Below are positions 50,030 through 58,438 of a stretch of DNA of 62,823 bases, piece after piece; the stretch's first letter is position 1, and each line of letters starts with the position of its first letter. A model generated the notes under the pieces. That model was not told the origin of the DNA. It did no database searches and saw nothing but the letters and a program-made list of their open reading frames with translations. The position numbers were made by a program, and so were the translations under genes. This DNA is from an uncultured Pirellulales bacterium (GTDB lineage: Bacteria > Planctomycetota > Planctomycetia > Pirellulales > S012-138): positions 578 to 63,400 of the forward strand of contig CAZEEG010000006.1 of NCBI GenBank assembly GCA_964511065.1, read 5' to 3'.

Positions 50030-51505
50030 CTACGGTTTAATGAAGCGGAGCGTTTTCTTCACCAGGCTGCGCCAGTCGCGAACCTGGATTTCGTCGACGG
50101 GAGTCACACGCTCCCAATCGAGGTAGCGGAGCAGTGCCGATTTCAGCGGTTCTGGTCCGTCGGCACGCACTGGCTGGAAACCGGCGGGTTTCAGTGGTCT
50201 CCGCTGGTAGGCCAGGGCCGAGGTCTGCAACCGCAACTCCCTCCCGTTCCAGGGCAGTGAGGCCACCAACTCGCCGCGGCTTAAGTGCAACGTGGCGCGC
50301 CAGTCGCCCGGCGGCATCCCGCCGGTGACGACGAGCGTCTGCCCCTGGCGGTGCAACTGCAGCCGGATCGCCAACCGCTTGCGCCACCAGCGGGCGAACT
50401 CGGCCAGGGTCGTTTTCCAGATCGAACGAAAGTTCGCAATCACCGCGAGCACTTCGCGAATCACTTCGGGATACCGGCCGATGCGGTCGTTGGGATGCCC
50501 GTAGAGGAAGATTGGTTCGCCGGCTTCGTACTTGAGCCGGGCCACGCGCTGGAAATGGTCGATGGTGACGGCGGCCGCTTCAATCAGCAGGGGGGCGCGC
50601 TGGTCGACGGGCAGCGTCGAGGGCCGATTGGCGGCGGCGACGGCCGCTTCGATCACCACACCCAGGCAGATTGGATGGATCGGCACCTGGAGCACGCCGC
50701 TGCCAGCGGGGAAGAACGGCAGATCGTCGAAAGCCAGGCCGAACTCCGAGCTATGCTCGATCCGCAGGGCATCCATCGCGGCTTTCAGCCCCGGGTTGTA
50801 TCGCCCATGCGGAGCGGTGAACCCTACCGGTTCCAGCCCGGCGGCCTGCAAAACCTCCAACCCTCGGCGAATGTTCTGCTTGTTGTCTTCGCGGTTGCGG
50901 TACGTGTGGTGCCAGTAGCCGTGTCCGCCAACGTGCAGGCCAGCCAGACGGTGCAGCGCCTCGGGATGCTGGCCGTGGGTGGATGCGCAAACGTAGTGGC
51001 TGGTCGCGTCCTCCCAGCCTTCGATGGCCGCCAGCGTGCGGTGAAAGTCGCCCGCATGATACTCGTCGTGGTCAAAGCGGAAGTTGAATGCGCTGCGGTA
51101 AGGGAAGGGAAAGTAGCCTACCGTGAGCCAGATACCGCCGCGGCGCTCGATTTCCTTGCGCAAACGCAACAGCAGCCGCTTGCGAACAGCACTGCGGTGC
51201 ACCAGCGCAATTTCCTCGCTCACCTGCCACGGCCCCAGTTGCCAGCGGTGACGCGCTGCCCGGGTGTCCATCAGCGCCTGGTACGGATCATGCTGCGCCG
51301 CCTTGCGAAAGCGGTCCACGTCGATGGCTTCTTGGCCTGCCGCGAGCGCCGGCCTGGGCGCGCAGCGACTATCGAACAGCACGAACCGCGTCGGGTCGAT
51401 ACCTGGCTGCCAACTCTGCGACGGAACGCCTTCCTGCTGTAGCGCTTGCTGCAGGCCCTCGGGTACGTGAGCCAACGTCAATGGAAGCAACGGCAGGTCC
51501 ATCAT
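50030..51505 (-). CDS. Polysaccharide deacetylase-like (CE4/NodB-fold) protein
   Basis: FNFRFDHDEY (motif 1-like), GGHGYWHH (motif 2-like), FTAPHG, FLYGHP; extra N- and C-terminal domains. Confidence 0.75.
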   Translation of the reverse strand: MMDLPLLPLTLAHVPEGLQQALQQEGVPSQSWQPGIDPTRFVLFDSRCAPRPALAAGQEAIDVDRFRKAAQHDPYQALMDTRAARHRWQLGPWQVSEEIALVHRSAVRKRLLLRLRKEIERRGGIWLTVGYFPFPYRSAFNFRFDHDEYHAGDFHRTLAAIEGWEDATSHYVCASTHGQHPEALHRLAGLHVGGHGYWHHTYRNREDNKQNIRRGLEVLQAAGLEPVGFTAPHGRYNPGLKAAMDALRIEHSSEFGLAFDDLPFFPAGSGVLQVPIHPICLGVVIEAAVAAANRPSTLPVDQRAPLLIEAAAVTIDHFQRVARLKYEAGEPIFLYGHPNDRIGRYPEVIREVLAVIANFRSIWKTTLAEFARWWRKRLAIRLQLHRQGQTLVVTGGMPPGDWRATLHLSRGELVASLPWNGRELRLQTSALAYQRRPLKPAGFQPVRADGPEPLKSALLRYLDWERVTPVDEIQVRDWRSLVKKTLRFIKP

Positions 51506-51627
51506 GGATGGAACAATCCCAGGTTCGCGGGTCAACCAACGGCACGGTCTGGCGGCCGTGTGCGCCGAAAGTGGAAATCAGTCAACAAGCAGTACGAAGT
51601 CAGGAACCGGCGGCAGAACGCGATGGG

Positions 51628-52500
51628 TTAGGGGGATGAGCGGTGCTGGAAGCGATTGCGCGCGCCGGGCAGGTGCAGATTCGGAGGCTGGCAATCCGCT
51701 GCTGACGCTGTTGGGGCAGAATCCGCCGTAGCCTCTGCTGCCGGCGCCACTTGCTGCGCCCATAATTGGCGATGTTTGTGGGCCAGCACCCACTGCGACA
51801 ACCCACTGAGGGTGCAAAATGCCCAACCCTGTGGGCCGTCCAGCCATCCGGCTTTCCAGATCAGCCGCCGGGTAATTTCCATCGCGGGAGCGATCCACCT
51901 GTCGCGCCACCGCGGAGCGATGCCTTGCGCCACGCGGTAGCCGGCCTCCAACGTGGTGTACCGTTCCATCTTGGACAAAAACGCCGAGAGGTTCGGAAGG
52001 GTGTGGTGGTCGAGCCAGGCGGTCACTTCACCTACCCGGCCCGCAATGCGCAGCACTTCGTGGACGTCGCCCTCCCAGCGCCCGCTGCCGCGTCGCATCA
52101 GCCGGATGGGGCGGTCGTCCTGGGTTCCAGAGAACCTCACCCGCCGGCCAAAGATGCGGCTGCGGATCGGCACCCGATACGCCGCGTAGTCGCCGTACAG
52201 CAATCGCCCGCGGACCTCTTCCGCCATGGGCGGTGTGCAGCGCTCGTCGGCATCGATCGAAAGGACCCATTCACCGTTGGCATAACGCAGGGCGCGATTG
52301 CGCTGGGCGGCATAGTTGTCAAACGGATGTTCGACGACGATGCAGCCCAGACGCCGCGCAAGCTCCTGCGTGCCGTCGCTGGAACCGCCATCGACCAGCA
52401 CCACCTCGTCCACCCAGGCCAGCGACCGCACCAGCCCAGGCACGTTGGCCCGCTCGTTGAGCGTGATGACGGCAGCCGTAATGGTAGGGGGCCGTTTCAT
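51628..52500 (-). CDS. Glycosyltransferase family 2, WaaE/KdtX-like
   Basis: ITLNE, VDGGSSDGT, QRNRA, SIDADER, VHE, GWLDG; ATGA overlap with the upstream gene. Confidence 0.88.
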   Translation of the reverse strand: MKRPPTITAAVITLNERANVPGLVRSLAWVDEVVLVDGGSSDGTQELARRLGCIVVEHPFDNYAAQRNRALRYANGEWVLSIDADERCTPPMAEEVRGRLLYGDYAAYRVPIRSRIFGRRVRFSGTQDDRPIRLMRRGSGRWEGDVHEVLRIAGRVGEVTAWLDHHTLPNLSAFLSKMERYTTLEAGYRVAQGIAPRWRDRWIAPAMEITRRLIWKAGWLDGPQGWAFCTLSGLSQWVLAHKHRQLWAQQVAPAAEATADSAPTASAADCQPPNLHLPGARNRFQHRSSP

Positions 52501-54482
52501 AGGCGGCCTCCCAGGGGAGCAACCGTAGCGGCGACGGGCGCGGCGACAGACGCGGTCTTGCGTTCAATGGTGTGCGGAGCCTTGGCTGTCTCTGCCGGTT
52601 GCGTGATGTGCGACGGTTCTCTGGCCGCGCGCGGTGCGTCGGCTAAGCTGAGTCGCTTAACGGCACGCAGAATCCAGCGAACGTTGAAGTAGCAGGCCGC
52701 GTACAACAGGGCCGCTTCCAGCCAGCCACCGGCCAACGCGATCACCACGATGTGCCAGCGAATATCGGCGTTTCCGGGCAGGTGATAGAGCAAACGCAGC
52801 CAGTTTCCCGCAGGATGAAGGCGAGCGTTGCCGCCACTGGCCGGTTCATCGGCACTGCTGTGTTGAGGTTCGCAGGCTTCGTGCTGACCGTAAAACAGCA
52901 GGTACTTGCCTGCGAAAAAGGCCGATACCAGCAGCCACGGCCAGGCAATCGGCAGCAGGTCAGCGGGGCGTAAGGCATCTGCCGCGGCGGCAAAGGCGGC
53001 CGCACTTGCGGCCCAGGCCATGGCGGCGTGGATGGCCAGATCAGAAAGCTCATCGACGTTAGCGTCCAGCCACGCGCCTTGCGGCGTGGCGGTGCCTTGC
53101 CATCGGGCCAGCTTTCCATCCACGCGGTCGCAGCACCAGGCCAGCCACACCAGGGCGGCCGCACACCAGGTGGGCGTCCATCCGGCCACCAGGATGGCAA
53201 CAGCGGCAAGAATGCATACCAGGCCGGCTACCGTTACCTGCCACGGCCGCATAGCCGTCTTGGCCGCGATACCGGCGATCCGGTTCAACGCTGGCAGCAG
53301 ATACCAACGTGAGATCGGGTGCCGCCGTTCGCGGCGTGCTTCGTCGTTTGCCATATCCGTTGCGATCCCATCCAGCAGGGCCGTTGGATGAAAGCGGCGG
53401 AAGTACGCCCGCTCCCGGTGCAGCCGCTCCCGCCGGTCGCTAATGTTCGGCGAATTGCGATCGGTCGATTCGGGCATTTCGCATTTGGATACGGCATCGT
53501 TTGGGGCAGAAGTCTCCGCGGCGTCCTTAGCACACCGGTGATGCAACCGCAGGGCATCGCGCAGGGCTTTGGTGAACAGGAACCGGCGGTCGGACGAGCA
53601 AACCGGTGCTCGGCAGATGTCGACCGCCACTCGCAGCGGAATGCCCACCAGTTGCCTCAGGCGGTGGGCTGGGTGCCGCAGGTGCCGCCACTGAAAGAGC
53701 AACGTATTGCGGTAAGCCAAGCGGAGGCATCCGGCATCGCCAAACTCGGGGCCGAAGCTGGCTGCTCCGCGGTGCCACGCCACGGCCGCTGGTACATAAA
53801 CGGCGCGGTAACCTGCCATGTACCCGCGAAAGGCGAAGTCGAGGTCTTCAATCCGGCCGGGCAGGTACCGGGCATCGAAACCACCCAGGTGCAGGAAAAT
53901 TTGCCGATCCACGGCAATCGCGGCGCCGGCGGCGGCAGTTTCACCGCTTCGGTGACAAATGGATTCGGCCCCGGTAAAGCGTCCGGTGGCTTGGACGAGT
54001 CCCCAACGCCAGCGTACGGCCGTTTGAAAGCCCTCGAGTGTGCGGCCATCCCAGTGCCAACACAGTGGGGCGGCCAAGAAACACGGCGAGCTTGGGTGCT
54101 CCCTATCTGAAGCGACCGACGCTTCGGGGGAAGTACCGCTTGGCGCGGGGGCTTCACCCAACTGAGATTCAAAGGGGGCCACCCAGGGATCGATGGCATC
54201 TTCGGCCAGGCGGATGTCGTTGTTCAACAGAATGGAGACAGGAGCCGTACTGGCTGCTAACACGCGGTTGAACGAACACAAGCCTTCATTGACGCAGTGG
54301 TGAACCGGCACCTGCGGATAATGGTCGGCCAGCCATGGCAGGGAATCGTCGGTCGAGCCGTTATCGACGATGCTCACCCGGCAAGCATGCCGCGATCGGG
54401 CGGCCGCTGCCAGAAGCGAGGGCAGGCATTCTTCCAGCAGCCTGCGCCCGTTGTAGTTGAGCACCAATAACTCGACGTCCAT
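52497..54482 (-). CDS. Fusion of GT2 glycosyltransferase and CDP-alcohol phosphotransferase
   Basis: N-terminal LNYNG, VDNGSTD, LNND, GGFD..EDLD; C-terminal TM domain with DRVDGKLARWQGTATPQGAWLDANVD. Confidence 0.85.
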   Translation of the reverse strand: MDVELLVLNYNGRRLLEECLPSLLAAAARSRHACRVSIVDNGSTDDSLPWLADHYPQVPVHHCVNEGLCSFNRVLAASTAPVSILLNNDIRLAEDAIDPWVAPFESQLGEAPAPSGTSPEASVASDREHPSSPCFLAAPLCWHWDGRTLEGFQTAVRWRWGLVQATGRFTGAESICHRSGETAAAGAAIAVDRQIFLHLGGFDARYLPGRIEDLDFAFRGYMAGYRAVYVPAAVAWHRGAASFGPEFGDAGCLRLAYRNTLLFQWRHLRHPAHRLRQLVGIPLRVAVDICRAPVCSSDRRFLFTKALRDALRLHHRCAKDAAETSAPNDAVSKCEMPESTDRNSPNISDRRERLHRERAYFRRFHPTALLDGIATDMANDEARRERRHPISRWYLLPALNRIAGIAAKTAMRPWQVTVAGLVCILAAVAILVAGWTPTWCAAALVWLAWCCDRVDGKLARWQGTATPQGAWLDANVDELSDLAIHAAMAWAASAAAFAAAADALRPADLLPIAWPWLLVSAFFAGKYLLFYGQHEACEPQHSSADEPASGGNARLHPAGNWLRLLYHLPGNADIRWHIVVIALAGGWLEAALLYAACYFNVRWILRAVKRLSLADAPRAAREPSHITQPAETAKAPHTIERKTASVAAPVAATVAPLGGRL

Positions 54483-54900
54483 TGCTTGTTTCCCGCAGAC
54501 TCCATTCGGCGGAAGTTGAGCCGGGGAGGCATCCGATGCCCCCCGACAATTTGGCGAGCGACCAATCTAGGACCCAGGGCGATGGAAGGTCAAGACGGAC
54601 AGCCTGCTAGCATGCCGTGCTGCTAGCACGGCTGGCTGATCGGCCAATCCATCGCTGGTGCCGGCGGCCATCGTTTCGCTGGCGGAATCATTCTCACGCT
54701 TTATGCGAGCAATTGGGTGGGTTGGCAAAAAAGATTTCCGGAGTCCCATCCGGGGAGGCGTGCGCCGCCGAGGGCCGCTCATCTGCCATTGGGGGATTGA
54801 TGCTGCGGGGCGTAAGATGGTCGCCATTTGCCGGGCCAGTGAGATGGAATCACCGCTGGTCATCGGCATGGTGTGAATCACTCCCTACGCGCCCCGCGCC

Positions 54901-56583
54901 ATGAGCGACGTTGCCACCATCCCTCGTGTTCGCCGAACACCGCCTGCCAGGGGCCGGCTTCGTGCCCTGCCGTGGCGGTCGCAATCGGGCACGCCTTGGG
55001 CGGACCGTCGGCTGTGGCTGATTGTCGGCTTGGCGCTGGTCTTGCGCGCGCCGGGCTTGGACCGCCCTCTGCTGGGGAATTTTGCAACCAAGAACGTCGC
55101 CTATGCGATGATTGCCCAGAATTGGGCAACCGGCCAGGCCTCGCTCTGGCACCCTACGCTGCACGTGCTGCGCGATGGTAAGCCAGGCTTGCACCTGCTC
55201 GAAGTACCCGTCGCCGCATACGTGGCTGGTGGACTGTGGTACACGCTGGGCGGTTCGCTCGATTTTTGGGGCAGGGCGGTCTCGGTCGGTTGTATCGCGG
55301 TCGCGGTTGGCTTGCTGTACGTGCTGGTGCGCCGCTGGCATGGTGCCGCTGCCGCCGCTGCTGCCGCGGTGGCCCTGGCCATCTCGCCGGTAAGCATCAT
55401 TTATGGCCAAAGCTTCATGCTGGAAGCATCGGCGGTCTTGTTCAGCATTGCCGCCTTGGATGCCGCCGACCGCTTTGGACGCGGGGCCTCCTGGTGGTGG
55501 ATGGCGCTGGCCGCCGCGTCGTTGGGCCTGCTGGTGCTTTCCAAAATTTATATGGCGGTGATGCTGCTGCCGTTGGCCCACTTGGCATGTCCCTGGCGAA
55601 AGCCAGCATCCAATGAACGTCCGCGGCACGACCCATGGGCATCAGGAACTGGCAAGCCTTGGCGAGTTGCGGCGGCGCTCACACTGTTAGCTCTGGCCCT
55701 GCTGCCGGCCGCTGCCTGGTATGTCCACGTGATGGCGATCACGGCCGACCACTCGCCAGTGGCAGGGCAGGTCTTCTATTCGCTCCGCGACAGCCAGCGG
55801 GTTCACCGTTGGCCGCCCGATGAACTGTTTCGTGCCGACTTCTATCGGCAGTTGCTGGACGACTTGAGCACGGTTGTACTAACGCCGATCGGTTTCACGC
55901 TGTTGGTGATTGGCGGTTGCCGCCGCGAAGCCCGGCAGCACCTTGCCTGGTTGGCCGCTGCGGCGGTGCTGGTGCTCGTCCTGCCGCGGAAGTTCTACGC
56001 CATGAATTATTATTTCTTGCCCATCCTGCCACCGTTGGCGGTGCTGGTGGGATTGGGCTGGAAGACCGTATCAGCCGCTTTGGCCAAGGCCGTGTCGGAT
56101 GGGGAAGGAAGCGTGCCGTCCGAAACGGCCGCACGGGTGTGGCCGCGAGACAGGCTGGCGCGGCGGGCCGTGCCTGCGGTGTTGCTGGCGGCCGCGCTGC
56201 TGCTTTCGCTCCGGTATGCGGCCAAGCCGGCGTTTATCACACCCGAGGAAGACCGCAGTGTGCTGGCGGCAGCCGAGGCGTGCCGGAAACTGGTGTCGCA
56301 GGGCGAAACCGTGGCTACGCTACATGGTACCACGATCGACCTGTTGTATTACTGCAACCGGCGAGGTTGGGTGATGCCGCCGGCCGCTGACCGACTGCCG
56401 CAGGCGGCTGCCGAGGCTGCGAGGCAGGGGGCACGGTACCTGGTGGTGGCACACCTGCGGGGATTGCCGGCGGAAACGCGACGCTGGCTTCAACGCCTGC
56501 CGGAAGCTGCCGCTGGTCACGATTATGCCGTTTATGACCTGCGTTCGCTCGATCCGACCCCGCTGGCCGACCGCCGGCGTTGA
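54901..56583 (+). CDS. ArnT/PMT-like GT-C membrane glycosyltransferase (GT39/GT83-like)
   Basis: YAMIAQN, LLEVP, WGRAVS, AISPVSIIYGQSFMLE, LSK, YYFLP; C-terminal periplasmic domain LLYYCNRRGW. Confidence 0.8.
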   Translation: MSDVATIPRVRRTPPARGRLRALPWRSQSGTPWADRRLWLIVGLALVLRAPGLDRPLLGNFATKNVAYAMIAQNWATGQASLWHPTLHVLRDGKPGLHLLEVPVAAYVAGGLWYTLGGSLDFWGRAVSVGCIAVAVGLLYVLVRRWHGAAAAAAAAVALAISPVSIIYGQSFMLEASAVLFSIAALDAADRFGRGASWWWMALAAASLGLLVLSKIYMAVMLLPLAHLACPWRKPASNERPRHDPWASGTGKPWRVAAALTLLALALLPAAAWYVHVMAITADHSPVAGQVFYSLRDSQRVHRWPPDELFRADFYRQLLDDLSTVVLTPIGFTLLVIGGCRREARQHLAWLAAAAVLVLVLPRKFYAMNYYFLPILPPLAVLVGLGWKTVSAALAKAVSDGEGSVPSETAARVWPRDRLARRAVPAVLLAAALLLSLRYAAKPAFITPEEDRSVLAAAEACRKLVSQGETVATLHGTTIDLLYYCNRRGWVMPPAADRLPQAAAEAARQGARYLVVAHLRGLPAETRRWLQRLPEAAAGHDYAVYDLRSLDPTPLADRRR

Positions 56584-56725
56584 ATTGGGGCCGCGTCGGG
56601 AGTCCATGCTTTAAACGCTGACGGCGGTATCCCATGCCTGCATACCGTCTGCCGGCCATTCGTGACCTACACTGTCGATAGACGACACCGGGAACACGCC
56701 CAGGCGGAACGCGCGAGGTGAGCCG

Positions 56726-56860
56726 ATGAGCAGGTACATCAACAGCTTCTTTAACCACATCAACGGTTGGGGCCTTTGGGAGTGGGTGCTGATCGGTCTG
56801 GCCGTGCTGGCCGTGGGGATGTTCTGCATGCGCGGATTCGGCTCGCGCTCCAACTATTGA
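56726..56860 (+). CDS. 44 aa single-TM small protein
   Basis: Below the ORF-track cutoff: MSRYINSFFNHINGWGLWEWVLIGLAVLAVGMFCMRGFGSRSNY*, with GAGGTG 5 nt upstream of the ATG. Confidence 0.7.
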   Translation: MSRYINSFFNHINGWGLWEWVLIGLAVLAVGMFCMRGFGSRSNY

Positions 56861-57205
56861 GGCCGCGGCGTCCGCTTGCGGTCCCAATTCGCTACGCCTG
56901 CCCCGCAAGCCAATTGCCTGGCCAGCGGATGGACAGCGCGGCCGTCTGCTCTGAATGCCGCAGTGGGCTTTGCGCGGCTTGATTAAGTTGTCCGATTTGG
57001 CCGCTAGGGCTGCCGGCAATACCACCCCACGGTTCGGCCGGCGCCGGCCAGTGCGCCGGCCCGCCACGTTGCCCCTGCTCCCCGGCAGGAATATACTCTT
57101 GGCAGGGAAGTGTAACGCGTGCCGACCGCGTGCCTTTGCCGGCAAATGCCTGGCAGGGGGCCTTGATTCGCATTTCCTGGCCTGACCTATTCTCGGGGAA
57201 TCGTC

Positions 57206-58117
57206 ATGTTGCATCGCTCTTGGGCGATTGCCGCCGCACTGCTGGGCAGTTTTGTATTCACATCGGCCGGGTATGCTGAACCCGCCGCGACCGCGAGTCC
57301 GACGGTCGCCGCTGAGAAGGTCGCCGAAGAAACGCCAACGAAGTTTCTTCGCGTGCAACGCGACGAGGACAACGAGGAAGTGACTTCGCTGGAAACGGCA
57401 ATCGTGTCGTACCGGGGCCTCAATCCCGAGGGTGAGGAGGTGCAGGTTGACCTGGTAGGGGCCGTTCACATCGGCGACACGCAGTACTACCGCAATTTGA
57501 ATGACGTCTTTGGCGAGTACGACGTGGTGTTGTACGAATTGGTGGCTCCCAAGGGCGCCCGGCCTGGCCGCGGCACCGCTGGCGTCTGGAGCCCCCTGGC
57601 CAACATGCTCAGCCTCGACGACCAGATTCTGCGGATTGATTACCAGCGGGAGAATTTCGTCCACGCCGACATGTCGTGGGATGAAATGGTGCAGTCGATG
57701 GAGAAGCGGCAGGAAAGCTTCCTGAATATGTTCTTCAGGATGGTTGGCCAGAGTATCGCCCTGGACAGCACCCGCAAGCAGGGCGGTGGGGAAGGCGAAT
57801 TGCTCGCCGGCCTGCTGTTCTCGAAGAATCCTTCGCTTACCTGGAAGCGCGTGATGGCCGCGCAGTTTGAGGATTCGGACAAGGCGATGCGGTGGCTGGA
57901 AGGCCCCGAGGCCGACGGTTCCACCTTGATCCACGAGCGGAACAAGGTAGCTCTTAAGGTCCTGAAAGAACAAATCGCCGCCGGCAAGAAGAAACTGGCC
58001 GTGTTCTACGGCGCAGGGCACTTGCCCGACATGGAAAAGCGGTTGCGGGAAGATTTCCAGCTCAAGCGGTCCGGTGAGCCCCGCTGGCTGACGGCTTGGG
58101 ATTTGAGCGACAAGTAA
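57206..58117 (+). CDS. Secreted TraB/GumN (Tiki)-like protein
   Basis: Signal peptide; VGAVHIGD, VLYELV, ERN, FYGAGHLPD. Confidence 0.7.
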   Translation: MLHRSWAIAAALLGSFVFTSAGYAEPAATASPTVAAEKVAEETPTKFLRVQRDEDNEEVTSLETAIVSYRGLNPEGEEVQVDLVGAVHIGDTQYYRNLNDVFGEYDVVLYELVAPKGARPGRGTAGVWSPLANMLSLDDQILRIDYQRENFVHADMSWDEMVQSMEKRQESFLNMFFRMVGQSIALDSTRKQGGGEGELLAGLLFSKNPSLTWKRVMAAQFEDSDKAMRWLEGPEADGSTLIHERNKVALKVLKEQIAAGKKKLAVFYGAGHLPDMEKRLREDFQLKRSGEPRWLTAWDLSDK

Positions 58118-58144
58118 CCCGCTTGAGCAGCATTGAAAAAGCAA

Positions 58145-58180
58145 CATCAGGGCGTGGTTAGCGCCAACCACGCCCTGATG
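58145..58180. terminator. Intrinsic terminator, probably bidirectional, between the convergent 57206 gene and clpB
   Basis: Perfect 15 bp stem catcagggcgtggtt / aaccacgccctgatg with a 6 nt loop; gaaaaagcaa on the left and ctttg on the right. Confidence 0.75.
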
Positions 58181-58438
58181 CTTTGATCTCAGGTCATTGA
58201 TGGAAAGCGGCGCGGCGGATAGCGTCGTGGCACGCGCGCAACCTCTAGGGCCGGTTCCACCGTCCGCGTGCATTGGCTTAGCGCCTTTTGGTTGGTTGGG
58301 CAACATCTGGAACTGGTTGCTTCCGCATAGTGACCGGCAATAGCCGGACCTGCATGATGTTGCTGCCCAACCGCGTACGGCTCGGGAGCGCCGTGGCAAG
58401 CGCGATTTCTCAAAACATGCGTGCCGCGCCCTCTGGGC

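Noticed and set aside
56315-58399. 694 aa minus-strand ORF
   Set aside because: Overlaps three better-supported plus-strand genes and reads through the terminator hairpin
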